A stretch of 64,000 nt of DNA from Phoronis australis. Its lineage: Eukaryota; Animalia; Phoronida. The position numbers and the translations under genes are program-made. Position 1 is the stretch's first letter. Each line of letters opens with the position of its first letter. This document shows, piece by piece, positions 40,801-53,230 of the stretch. The notes below the pieces were generated by a model. That model was not told the origin of the DNA. It saw only the letters and a list, made by a program, of their open reading frames with translations, and made no database searches. Location: contig NMRA01000013.1 of the NCBI GenBank assembly GCA_002633005.1, positions 1,784,403-1,848,402 of the forward strand, given 5' to 3'.

Positions 40801-43800
40801 TTTCGAGCACGTACTCAGTTTTCGAGCGTACTCGAACTGAAGTGTATCTCATCCATATTTCGAGTACGATTTTGAGTAAAAATTCGGATTCTATGCTCTA
40901 ATTTCAAGTTTGGTATGGCAGTGTGCTTGAAATCGTACTCGAAAATAAATACGAGCCAGAGAACAAAATATCGAAAGGGAACCAAAAAACACAGCAAATC
41001 TAAAAAAATAAGTCCTCTTACCGTATCTCAGCACTTCAATTTCAGTTCAGAGATAATAGTTTTCATCTTAAATCTTCTTATTCTTCACCTTATTAACCCG
41101 CCGTATCACTGTATGTTATAGCCGCCATTCTACCTCTACAATTCCTGGCAACAGGCGCATTGTAATCCCTTGTCGGCGAGTCATAACAAGCGTCGAAAGC
41201 AGTTGTGGGAAAAGTCGTGTGAGAAGTTTGTGCTGCCCTTATTTCGGTATGTGTGCCTACGTTTTGTAGGGTTTCCAAAAGACGAGGTACATTTCTCATC
41301 ATAACTTAGTCATCTATAATTCCTCAATCCACAAACGGAATTCCAGATTTTGTTTGCCGATTTCTAAGTAGACGTCTCGTCCCGTTCACTGCCACTGGTG
41401 AACTCTGAATGCCTGCACAAGTATTGTTTTTTAACTCACGTGCCAAATGTCAACTCAGTTGATACATCCCAGTAAAATACAAAGATACAGTATCAAAGTT
41501 TGACATCAGCGTAGGCCTACACAGCAATGGGTTTACGTCAAGACTGAATTAGCAACAGAGATGTAATGTGATAAGCTGTTATATATTTCTTAATACATTT
41601 TCGGGACTGGGTGAGGAACTCAAGAAGTAAAGCTTAATAATTGCCAAGTGTATCAAAGAAATGGCATAAGAATATTTATTGAAACTAAAAAATGAATAAC
41701 AGTTGCAGAACACTCAAAATTCCACGTTATAGACATACTCTTGTAGTTGTAGCGACAGCAGACGATAATGTAGGCCTAGTTCTTGGGGTGGTCTATTCCA
41801 ATAGGAAGCGATGAATCAGCGCGGCTTTGCGTGATTTTGCATTTCACATCATAAAGAGTTCCATAGTAACTCGAGTATGAGTGTCAGATTTGAGTACGTT
41901 TGGAGTTTAGTCGAAATCCGACATTAGATACGCTTTTTTGAGTACGACTCCAGTGAGCACGATTTTGAGTATGAAATCTCGAGTATGAGTATGAGTCTGA
42001 GTACGGAGATTGGAGACTGGGCCCAGATGTGCAGATTTCATAGAATAGACCATAGTAAAGCAGTCTGACCTACCTGGTATTCTTCTCTTACAGATATGTC
42101 TTCTAAAATATTCAGGTCAATCACAAATATTCTTTTTGCCTCCATTGCTTCATCGAGCGTAAGACCTTCCAGGAACGGGGATAACATGTCTGACGTGACC
42201 GCTAATCTAAATAAAAATAAGCGGTTTAATATGAAGATTACTGTGTTTCCTAACATTTTGTTTTTTTATTACTGTATTGAACTATTTTACATTTAAGGTT
42301 ATGTTGGACCTTACCGTCTAGTCTGTACAATTAGCAAAATATCGGAAGAACTATGGGTTTCAACTCTGAGTAAATTTACGTGTTTTATGAACGTGTGAAG
42401 CTTGAAGAATTTTATATCAATTTGCCATTAATTGGATCAAGCGAAGATGTCAAATTAGTCAAATTCAGCACGAAAAGCAAGGTACATGCATGACAAAACA
42501 ACGGTTATCAATATCATGATCAAATTTCATTTGACATGATAAATGTTGACGATGAAGTTCCAAAAACGCTGTTACGGTTTTCGAAGTTATTACTTCGTTT
42601 TTATTTTATGCAACAACTTGTTTTTTGTAACAGTTATAAGCGTCCTACTTTTTGATATCCCCTTAAGCAAAATTGAAACTTTTTGAAGTCAATTCCTGAA
42701 AGTATTTCAGAGGACTGTTCATAAAGTATGACACCTGAAAGATTCGTGTGAATCTGATTTGTGAGATATGTTGTTGGAAGTTTGCCAAATTTGGTCATTC
42801 TTCGAGGGTCCTCTGTACATTACATGAACAATCGAGTGAGACATCCAGCACTCTACAGGCCTCTATTGCATTTACTGCCCAGAGTAAAATATTGGTTGCG
42901 TGGAACTTACTTTTCTGGAATTTGTTTACATAAGGATATAAGAATCGAGTTTGATCCAGAGAGGCGCTGTCTTCCAAAATCTTCGTCGGTTACGTACTTA
43001 TTGGCTCCCTGGAAAAAGTATTCATAAAGGAAATCAACCTTAAACGAAATCGTGGGAAGCAAGAAACTATGCCACCTTGGTAACAAAAATCCGTGTAATT
43101 GTAAACAGCCTTAACAAAATCAGTTTGGTAGTGTTACTAATTTTGTAATAGTAATAGTAATAGTATCAGTAATAGTAATCATTATAATTATAAAAATCCA
43201 ATATTCGTGTCGTGTCCATAAACTTTAGTACTTAATATTTTTCAGATTGCACAGCGCAATTTAGTCTGTCTAGTTGTCTATTTCAGGTCTCGGCACTGAT
43301 GTAAGCTATCTCTGCATGCATCATCTATTATCAATGTGACCAGCCTACAAACACTGAGGCATTGTTCTGTACGGTGCGTAGTTTTGCAAGCTTGTAACTC
43401 TAATTCTTATGAAAAAGTTTAAGTCGCATTGTCTACGCCATGAAGCATAGTTTCCGACCCTGCACGAAACAAGAACCCTCTCTCGTGGGGCCTCTCAACG
43501 GTTTCGTCGATAGGCGGGCGACGTTTGGGAGAGAACAGTAGCTCCCCTGAATATCGCGCCACCGTAGCGAAGATAGAAACTTGTTGCGAGCGACGAGAGA
43601 GTGGACAGGAAAATTTTGGCGAGTGGGGGGAAAGTGTGACGACGGTAGGAAGAGGTAGCATGGAACCTGGCGACGGGGGAATTATGACGATAGGTACCTC
43701 CACACTTTTTATAACTTAGGGGCCCCGAGTAACCTTCAGGCACATGACTTCAAGGGTAAATCACCAAAATTGCGCTGGAGGGTTTATATTAGTGGCTACT

Positions 43801-46800
43801 TGGAGCGGTGATGAGAGACTGGCTCTCAGGAAAAACTGGCATTTACATTAAAACTTACGTTTGGCATTGGCAACTTCCCACCATAAACCGTCTTCAAATC
43901 CTCGAGACTATTCCAGGTTTCAGTGGTACTCCAGTTGGTCACTTTGGCTTGCACGAGGAATGACATTTTCGTCGTCACTATGTCCCACTGAAAATTTTCG
44001 TTTACAAGTACTTTACAAACATTTCTCGAAATTTGAAAACAAGTTTTGCTCAGTCGCTTTGAATACCCTTGACAATAATTTCCTTTATCCATTTTTCGTA
44101 GATGCTTAAAATACAGTAATGAATATTGAATAGAAATTTCTCTTTAGGTTATAGGTAAACGCAGTTAGCATTTTCGAGAACATCTCTTTGGGGATGAGGT
44201 TTTTATCTTGTTGAAATCAATTTGATTCGAGTCATTGCTATTTCGGTATTTGTTCTCGGAGACTGAACACGTCTAAGTGAAACACATGAAATATAAGACA
44301 GTCACAGCAATGAAAATGGTGATAGTAACATTGAAGATAGCAGTAGTAGTAATAGTGGTAGCAGCAGCAACAGCAGCAGTAGTAGTAATTATTAGCAGTA
44401 GTAGAAGTAGTAATAGTAATAGTAATAGTAATAGTTATGGTAATAGTAATGTAATAGAAATAGAAGTAGCAGTAGCAGTAGTAGTAGTAGCAGAATAATG
44501 AAAATAGTAGGAGGCAGTGTGGCCCAGTGTGATAGGTGCCCACTTCATTTACTGGAGGTCGTGGGTTCGAGTCCCACTGGGACACACTGCTAGACTCTTG
44601 AGTCAGCTCTCTAGCTCCTCAGCTCGGTTTTAATTATATATTAATGCAACACAAAAATGATTCCATGTGATCAGTGCAATGGGCCCATATGAGCGGCCTT
44701 TACACGTCTGGTACAACGTGTACCAGAGCACGTGCAATTATTTTTATATCGTTATAGTGAAAGTAGTCTGTAGTAGTAGTAGCGGTTGTCATAGCAATAA
44801 TAGTAGCGGTAGTGATAGTGGTACAAACAGTGGCAAAACCCTACCTTGTAATTATCTGAGAAGCTTTCATCGTCAGGTAATTCCTTGATCTGTGGAGTGA
44901 TATAACATAAATGTATATAATTTCACAAAGATAATATATGTATTATATACCACTCATTTCTATTGACAGTCAAGGGTTGGTGTCTAGCTTATTGCAAGTA
45001 TATTAAACGGGAATTAATTATTTTGTTTGGTGGTTTTTGTACGTCAATTTCACACCTCAAGAAATTTATGACACGATTTCCGTGAAGTATGTTTTTGAAA
45101 AAATATGTCAATTAATAATAACAAATAATAGCTCTTTTTCGAAATTACAGTTGGTGGATTTGAAAAAATAAATCAATAAACAATGACATGTAAGGGTGGT
45201 TCGTTTCCGGAATTGCGGTTTGATGGTTGATAAATGAGTAGGTCGTATAGTCTCGAGTGATACTATCTTAGTAATTTTAGTAAGTGGAGTTTCCTTTCAC
45301 TCGTCGATCATGTTTATTTGACGCATGAATGCGTTCTCTTGTTTTCGGTCATGTCCACCGTAAATGGTAATAGGATGCCGTTGTTGACCGGGTGGGGGTG
45401 GGTCCAACAACCGTTAGCAGGGAAAGAAGGGCCTCAAACTCTGGGGAAGAGTATTTTTGTCCTTTCTCGGTTAGTTATTTTGTCGGTTTTGAGTAATATC
45501 TCAGGTAGGTAAACAAAAGAAGTGACAACGAGGGTGGGTAGGAAAGTTGTCTCGAGTAAGGGTTTCATCACTTGACATTGTCTCGAGTGCTAAGTCATTC
45601 GGCAACTGAAGGTGTTGCGTGGGTCTATATTTTAACGGCGCAGAGGCAAACAACCTTATCCATTGCGTGGTAGAGAACCCCCGGGGGCTTAGTGTATATT
45701 TGTGTTACCAGTTTCCGCCATTACACACGAGTGTTTTTTTTCATGGAGCCTCGGTCATGAATGGTTGCCTTTGTAATAACATGTTTTAGATTGTCAGTTA
45801 ACGCTAAATTTTGTCGCCTATTTGTTAGTGGAATATCATGTATTCTACGTAACTAAAGCGGTGATACAGTGTGTATCCTGTTTTCTGCCTCTTGGCGCTC
45901 AATACTCTTTTATTGTAACATCAGTCTACCGAATTAGCCAAGAATAAATTGCCGAAAGGAGTCCTGTTGAGAACCAAGGGCCTATCCTCTGGTGTTTTAG
46001 ATTAAGAAACGATATGCTAGCATACTGTGAATTTAAACAAATGATTTTTAGTCTTGAACGACCGTCCTGTAGTGATAGTTTCATGCGCGGATGTGACCTG
46101 GCGTTTATCGCACTCACTTGGCAATGGTAAATACCATACTTATTACTTAAAATAAACAAAGGAAGAGGTCCAGGGATAGGGAGATTTGTAACACTTTAAA
46201 TAAAGGTAGGATAAAGTTATAGAGAACGACCCTTGCTGATTCAACAATGGTAACATGTAAATGTTTTCGCTATCTAAAAGCAAACAAGCTGTCTGCAGTG
46301 ACAGGTTGTCCCAATGAAAGGAGACGAACTATTTAATGTTGATTTGTTGGATCAAAATACGATTCGTCTATAGACGCCGTTGTTCATTCGATTTTCGTCT
46401 GTCTACTATTTTCTGAACACGGTGTCTGGGGACACGAGCCGATTTCTTACAATATCTAACCAAACACCCTTAGTTATTTTTGTCAATGCTTTTAGGACTT
46501 TATCGTGAGGCGCAATCATTTACTACAATGTATATTCCGATGTAATGCCAAATTTGGCTGCATTTACGTTTATTACGTACCTGTACTGGTAGCGCGGGGT
46601 GATGGCGAGTGGGCTGATAGTGCGCCCGTTTCACCTCCAGTTCCAACTTCCTTTGCTCGCGGTGTTCGTCTCGTTTCGGTAGCACGCAGTCTAAGTGGGA
46701 GAAGAAGTATCTTCGCTCCCCTTTAATCCATCGATGGATCGGGAAGACGAATGTCCTATCCGTGTCTCCCTCGCGATATATCACTTCTATTTTGTCAACG

Positions 46801-47117
46801 TACCAGTTGGAACCGAATCCACTCTCATCTCGCCAAAGTTCGATTTTGTCCACGTTTTCGAAGTCATTTGGCAGCTGGGGGAGGGGAAAATCGTCGACGT
46901 TACCCCTCTCGAAGTCGTCTCGAAATAAAAGATCCAAGTGAATGTCGGGTGATACAGCGCCATGCTTTTTACTGTAGAGTTTTATCCAAACGTTCGCGTC
47001 TGTGCCTGAGCCGTAAACATCTCCTGTTTTCACGCGTATGATCTTTGGTTCGTATTTGAGAATATACCAATAATACCAATTGAATGGTTTAAGTAGAATA
47101 GAAGTAACTTGTCCCAT
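28803..47117 (-). CDS. Lipoxygenase (PLAT + iron catalytic domain; arachidonate LOX family, predicted R-specific), ~687 aa, 14 exons
   Basis: Minus-strand exons 47117-46581, 44889-44845, 43987-43859, 43008-42911, 42206-42074, 35179-35084, 34564-34468, 33883-33766, 33008-32855, 32082-31977, 31474-31383, 30850-30677, 29624-29461 and 28923-28803 are all GT-AG and total 2064 nt in frame. PLAT domain: [15 protein letters not shown]...DDFERG...FPIHRWI. Catalytic domain: [56 protein letters not shown]-terminus PNSISI*. Confidence 0.96.
37213..37936. other. Assembly gap (724 N) in lipoxygenase intron 5
   Basis: Run of N. The flanking exons (...EEYQ | LCTPIALF...) join in phase 0 as a plausible continuous LOX sequence, so no coding exon appears to be missing. 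Confidence 0.95.
40677..42023. mobile_element. Non-autonomous PIF/Harbinger-type DNA transposon (1347 bp) in LOX intron 5
   Basis: TIR GGCCC[G/A]GTCTCCAATCTCCGTACTCAGACTC at both ends, subterminal arrays of TACTCG/CGAGTA repeats, and a 3-bp TSD CAG (40674-40676 and 42024-42026). Confidence 0.85.
44318..44510 (+). repeat. Degenerate (TAG/TAA/CAG)n microsatellite
   Basis: agtagtagtaatagtaatagt... array. Similar sequence resumes at ~44755-44822, after the SINE. Confidence 0.9.
44513..44745 (+). mobile_element. tRNA-derived SINE
   Basis: GGCAGTG start, A-box-like TGGCCCAGTGTG, B-box GGTTCGAGTCC (44564-44574), then a non-tRNA body shared with the copy at 61641-61795 (ctctagctc.tcagct.ggtttta...tatatattaat...aaaaatg.ttcca). 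Confidence 0.8.
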
Positions 47118-47170
47118 CGTTCAAGCTCTGGTACACCCTTTTTCAGGTCGACGAAGCTGCTTGATTTAGT

Positions 47171-47180
47171 CTTTTTATAC
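47171..47180 (-). promoter_or_regulatory. TATA box of the lipoxygenase gene
   Basis: The minus strand reads GTATAAAAAG, ~55-60 nt upstream of ATG 47117. Confidence 0.6.
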
Positions 47181-50100
47181 CCTCGCTTAAATATTCATAT
47201 CTCCCGTGTAATAAATTGATGAGGTCACCGCCGGAGTGACACGGGATACGTTACTGCGGCATGAAATAATAGTCGGCACAAGGTATTATCTCAGCGCGCC
47301 AGAATCTAGGGCCAACAGATCGCCAATTGTTTTCAATTGTGATCGTGCACTTCGGCGTACACCATGCGTGGAAATCCTGGGTAGAGTTCAGTAGCTGTCT
47401 CGCGGTGAGAAAAATTTAGTCAAAATCACATGCTCTCATACACGGCAATATCTCGCGTAATCTCACGAAAAAGGCTTGCTTTTTAGCGTTATTGAACTCT
47501 ACCTTGCTGTAAGCACAATTAGAGCTAATTTCCACCCGTGAGTTATTGAACGCAGTCGTCTGCAACAGAAAAAAACACAACTGATGAGAATTATCTGAAA
47601 CGTGTTTATTAATTGCTCCTCAAAGCCAACAATTCTCAGTCTATGTCTGGTAGTTTATTACAGTGAGTTTACATGTTTCTCCCTGGCTTAATTCCAGGCG
47701 CATTACAGCCCTTCTGTTGAATATTTCCCTATATTGTGGCTAGGCGTGCTTTTCAGAATTTTAAAGCGGCACTCAACCCGCGTTCCGTCGAAGAAATTAT
47801 ATTGTCACTCAGACTACTTAGGGACCTACGGCTATAAAAGTGGTCTCACCTTGTTCCTTACTCAGATGGCATGTGAATTTTGATATGGCAAAGAACTAAC
47901 GGTTGTTAATTAGTCGACATCATGCTTGGCGAATAAAATGACATGTCGTCAACTTGTAGAGTGTAGTCTCAAACAATAACAAACTGTCAGTTCTCTCCAC
48001 ATCAAGAAATCACTTCTGAATCCAGTTTGCAATGATTTTAGTGGCTTAAGTCGTATTTGCGACAGAGGACAGGTTTGTTGTCGCTTTAATTAACCCCACA
48101 TTTTTAACTGAAGAAGGCCTTGGACGGAAACACAACGCCAATTTCTGTTATTTTGACAGCATTGAGTTATGTGGAACGCATCTATTTACTGTTCTCAATA
48201 GCACTGTGTGCTTAACTTCTTAATGTGTCGGCCGAATATAATATCGCTAATGCGTCCGTAATTCCGTTATATATACCACTTACGTTTCTTCCAATGAAAC
48301 CGACAGAAATATGAAATACAATAAGACAAAATTACGAAACTTAGAAAGAACTCAGTCGTGTACTTGTTCGTTGAACGTATGGTCTGTTTCTCATTCAGTG
48401 GAGCTTTCCCAAATGGCAGGATATACTTCAAGATGATATTTATCATCTGGCATAGGCTTGCCCCTGACCAAGTCGCATGCTCCCGCGCATATATAGGACG
48501 ATCGGTCTATGATATTCTCAAATAGTACTTCGACTTTGATTTATACGGAAGTGGAGCAATTATAAAGACACCGGGCGTTGTTACGTACCACGCTCCATGA
48601 TGATTTTAGTTTTGGGCCACGGCGGTTGAACTTTGCAGTTATGAAATCCCACTTTAGTGACAGAGGCACGATTCTGATGCTTTCACTGTTGCTAAAAATC
48701 CATTCTGCTGTGGACTATTTGTAAACGAATTCTAATGTGCAGTTGAACTATCTTGGTACCACGGCTCATTGGTATGATGGTTCGGCTGAAAACGACATCA
48801 GATTCAACTGAATATCGCCTGACTGGCCGTCTTGCACCGGAAAATTTGGACCCCTGGTTCGGCACTTTCTGAACTTCGACTACAAACTAAGAAATGTGTT
48901 ATAGCGTAGGCCTACCTTTGTGGAGTGATAGTAGAGATTAGAACGGATGAGTTTCTTCGAAAAGTCGAGAATCGGTCCCGATGGGGTAACCCCCGATGGT
49001 AATCCAACTGCCCGGAACTTGGCTGGTCACTTCACCGCTGTTGACAACGCGGAGTTCGAGTGTGAGGTACGTAAAGGTCCGATTTGGCCGTCGGGGGTGC
49101 GGTGGATTCTACTCTTTGTGTTCTGACCGCGATACGTTGTTAAGTCTGAAAAGGGGAAGAATACGTGTGTCGCTTATTAGGCTTAATAGCATTATGAGGA
49201 TATTATTTCAAAACCCCTTGACCGTTGCAGTTATCAGAGAATATATTTACCCTCCGAGAGGCTAAATATTGTATTATTCTTGGATTGAGTAATTTATCCA
49301 GTGGACACCTGGCTCCGAATACAACCAGAATGTTCAAAACCAACAGATGAGGCTTGTACAAACAGTGACACAGACAATCAATTTTACCGGGTCCAGTATT
49401 AACTGGACAAGTTATTCCGTGGGTTTTCATTGATGAATTGCATAACAAAAACTTGTGAGTGTTGCTGTTGTACCGGGGTACTTTCACCGAGGTATGTGGG
49501 ACGTGCCGCTGAAGGTTGACTTTTCTTAGCAATTTTCAGGGTTGATTTGGGAATGATGAGATTGAATTTGTGTTAAGTTGCAGTTTATCTTTCATCAGTA
49601 TTTATAACCGTTTGCATGTGGAGTCAGGAGCTTAATCATCAAGTCTGTGCATTTTGTAAAGTACAAACTATAGTGAATCGAACGTAATAAACATTTGTAT
49701 TTTCTGAAAGTTGAAAAGCCTGTGGAATTTGTAGCACTTAGTTTTCGCCTTGAGTTTTTTCATAAACGTCTTATTTTTGAATGGGATTACTTGTAAAAGC
49801 AATTCATAATAACGTTTTGGAGATTCGTCTGTCAAGCACAAGGTATAATCTGGAACTGTAGGATAAATGTTATTGTTTCAATGGAGAACCAAGAGGAGCT
49901 ATCAAAATATAACTTAGATCTTTAAAGTTGCGTAAAACTAAAACGAATTGATATTTTAGAAAGTTGTCAACAGCGTTTTAAGAACTTACCGTTAACATTT
50001 ATTTCAAAATAGAATTCGAATATGTTATTAGTAGGGTTGTTTTACTGTGTCGTGTTGCACATTTTATTTTCTTTTTTTGCTAAATTTCATTAAAAGATAT

Positions 50101-50311
50101 GGCCACGTGACCCAATTAATGGTAAGTAAAACTTACAATTCTACAGGCTTTCTATTTTCAGAAATAGATACTTTTTCTGAGTCTTCTTTATTTTTATATA
50201 TGTTTGGATAAATCGATACACAGGCAGTGGGTGAGTTATCTCATTACGTGAAAAGAAGCCCGTAATAGCGGATTTGCAGCGCAAACGAACTACGCATTGC
50301 GCATGTGCGAG

Positions 50312-51658
50312 TTACTTCATGCGCGAAGGCTCATGGGATAGCTTGTGGTCAGGCATGTCTTGAGCAGGCTGGATAGTGTGCATTTGGAGTGATTTGCAAA
50401 CTAAAAACCATGTTTCATTTTTTTGCTTTATAATACCAAGCAAGTCCTCTCTCTCGTTTGTAAACACAGCGTAGCTATGATCAGTGACCGAGTGACCGAG
50501 GGCACAACTGTCGTCATGTTCAGTATTGGGGCTATCGGCGTTGACTTCGAAATCTACTCCGGTTTCAGACAAGTTGAGAGTTCTTGGGTTGCTTAACTTT
50601 TCTAGCTTTCGCCGTGTATATGCTAGAGACGTTAATTTTAAGAGGAAACTCCGTCGGAATGTTGTTCTCATACGTCTTTTTTCCACCAGGAAAATGTTCG
50701 CTGCACACACGATGGCCCCTAGGCAATTACATCGCACTGGATGCCGCAGGCATTCAGGGGCGATAGTACATCCTCGCAAAAAGTTACTCATTTCATAATA
50801 CAGCAAATAAAATTAAATGAACCATACATGTAGGAACACAGAGTTATAATTAACACATACCACGACTGTGGATACAATTTAGTCAGCAAAACTTGAACAA
50901 ATCGATGGAAATCTGATGCGGTTTGCTCGAGTTTCTCTCAGTTACCGGGTGCCATTTTGAGGAAGTTAGTGAAATTACGCATGTTGAATAAAAAGTCCAA
51001 GGGACACACATCTTACAACTTAGTTCCACCCGATACCTTCTCATGCTATTTTACAAGTGTCGCGTGCTAGCGTCACGCGCTTCGCTCAGTCTCGTGCTAA
51101 CCTTTGCTTAACTCATGTGATTCAGTTGACATGCTTTGTGGTTATCGCGGCTCACGCGGTGATAAAATTAACGGCAACCAAAAAAGTGGAGTTGTAATTC
51201 TTCGCCAAAGTCAACTTAATTCTCACAACTAAGCTTCATCAAAGATATGTATAGAAGTAGAAAAGACCAATGATGAAAGTAAGCGTTTTTCTAAATGATA
51301 GTTTTAAGTGTAGAATGTATTTTTGACGAGGTGAAAACTCGAAATCGGTAACCCAAATCCGGTCACGGCCCATTTAAAATACACTGAAGTAACGAAATGA
51401 ATACAGAAAGCGAATGGGGGTATTGTAGCCCCTATATGGCCAACCGAGGGGCTACGTGTTGTCTACTAGATAGCCCTGCGTTGGTTTGAATGCGCTAAAT
51501 CTCCCCTTACTCCCAGCTCTCCTAATGTTGTTTATCCATTTTTCACGAAGTTCTTGGTTTGCAGGGAACACATAAAAACTCAGATTTTTATCTGTCTTGC
51601 TGTTTTTGAAGCAGCCAGGAACACAAGTATATCCGCCGTAAGTTTTCTTCGCGCTCAT
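50312..51658 (-). pseudogene. Disrupted THAP-domain gene, probably a P-element/Harbinger-associated transposon relic
   Basis: The N-half MSAKKTYGGYTCVPGCFKNSK...FYVFPANQELREKWINNIRR...FKPTQG (51658-51474) continues after ~750 bp of intervening sequence as HRVCSEHFPGGK(fs)TYENNIPT (~50714-50650), completing the C2CH THAP fold. A DHSY HCF-binding-type motif follows downstream. Frameshifted. Confidence 0.75.
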
Positions 51659-52029
51659 ACCGCGTATTATGCTTGTTACTATGGCCGCTTTCGGAATCCT
51701 GACCACAGCACCCACAATGCACCATTATTAGGCTATACCCTATCAACCTATCAAATTATTTTTTTCAATGATGTAAAATATTCGTACTGTGCAGAGAATT
51801 ATCAGACTGAAACTTTGATGTAGCGATAACGGCGATCTCCCTAATGTTATATCAAAATGGATAAAAAACAAAACATATAGACCGGCAGCCCAGAGCACTT
51901 AGCATAGATGAACGAGGTACCAACATCTGACCACGGGAGCATTTAAAGCCCACCTCAGTATGTACAGAAATGGACGTCTGCCGTTGTCTGCACTCTGGGT
52001 GTGACCCCTGGGGGCCTTACAAAGAGCCC

Positions 52030-53230
52030 AAAAAATGAGCTAGACTAGATATTCGAGGTACCAACCAAAACTGATTTTAAACGAACAATAGTAACACACT
52101 GAACACCGAATGACCCATGATAGAAAAATTGCACTCTGGAATAGGTCCGGTAGAAACCAAAAAAGGACCCCCAAAAATGAGCTAGCACATACATTCGAGG
52201 TACCACAAAAAACCTATTCCATGTGATTCAATACATGTCACAGATCACTAAAACCCCTATGACAGACAAATTACACTTTGGATTGTGCCCGGCAGAAACC
52301 CCCAAAAATCTCAATCGCGGTATGTCATCAAAAATTTGAGCTAGACTGGATTTTCGAAGTAGGGGCCAAAACTGATTATAAACGAACAATAGTACCGCAC
52401 TGAACTCCAAATGACCCATGACAGACAAATTGCACTCTGGAATCGGTCAAGCGGAAACCAAAAAATGACCCCCCCCCCCTTCAAAAAAAATGAGCTAGCA
52501 CATACTCAATTTGAGGTGCCACACAAAACCAATAGGCCTTTTGCGAGTTTATAACAATAACGCGAGATTATGTGAGACTTAACTGTGACGTCACGGGAAG
52601 TGGGACAAAAGCTAGTCGTTTGGTCATTTGCCCAATACGGTAGCAGAGTGTATTCTGTTATTTTCTTCGAGTTTTTACCCGTTTAGTTCGAAAAATGTCC
52701 AAAGAGCATTGCTGTTATGGCAAATGAACTTCAGATTCGCACTACAATACGTTCTATCGCGTTCTGTACTAATTTCGTCCCGTGTATTTTAAACGGGCGG
52801 TAGGCGAAATCCGCTCACTGATAAAGTTTTCACCTTGTCAAAAATACATTCTACACCTAAAATTACCAATACATGTCACAGGTCACTAAATGCCCTATGA
52901 CAGACAAAATACACTCTGGATTGTGCCTGGAAGAAACCCTCAAAAATCTCAACCACAATATATGCTATCAAAACTTTGAGGTACAATAGAAACCCGAGGT
53001 ACCGGCTAAAACTGACTTAAAACCAATAATCCACCAGATGACCATGACGGACAACAAATTGTGCTCTGGAGGGCGTTCGCCAGAAACTCAATTACACCGT
53101 AAAAGAAGCTAGGTCATCATTCGGGGTACCACAATAAACAATTCCATGTGATTCAAATAAATGTTACTGGTTACCAAATACGCTATGACAGTTAAAACCC
53201 AGTGTGGGTTGTACTCGCCAGCTCCAGAAA
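52030..53230 (-). repeat. Left-arm ~300-bp tandem units (inverted relative to right arm), interrupted by an insertion
   Basis: The marker (gattc)aatacatgtcaca occurs at ~52226 and ~52868, with a diverged version at ~53150. It is the reverse complement of the right-arm unit. Confidence 0.8.
52531..52866 (+). mobile_element. Fragment of a second THAP-type element inserted in the Academ left arm
   Basis: Begins AATAGGCC and contains ATGTCCAAAGAGCATTGCTGTTATGGCAAA (MSKEHCCYGK*TSDSHY, a THAP-like start). 52781-52862 is the reverse complement of 51301-51385. Confidence 0.55.

Noticed and set aside
44238-44585. Cys/Tyr/Thr-rich 115-aa ORF
   Set aside because: It is the translation of a microsatellite plus the SINE head.
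44513-44590. tRNA gene
   Set aside because: A and B boxes are present but I could not form a convincing cloverleaf. It continues into a body shared with a second copy at 61641, so it is a SINE.
18185-47117. HPF1 and LOX (with Mtl) as a functional gene cluster
   Set aside because: Unrelated pathways in convergent orientation, with nothing in the sequence indicating co-regulation. Ordinary eukaryotic neighbourhood.
48960-49200. GC-rich stretch resembling structured RNA or rRNA
   Set aside because: No conserved rRNA or snRNA motif recognised; probably a fragment of an unidentified repeat.
47118-50300. Upstream catalase-like allene oxide synthase exons (coral-type AOS-LOX fusion)
   Set aside because: I found no catalase-like coding sequence by eye, and a TATA box sits just upstream of the LOX ATG.
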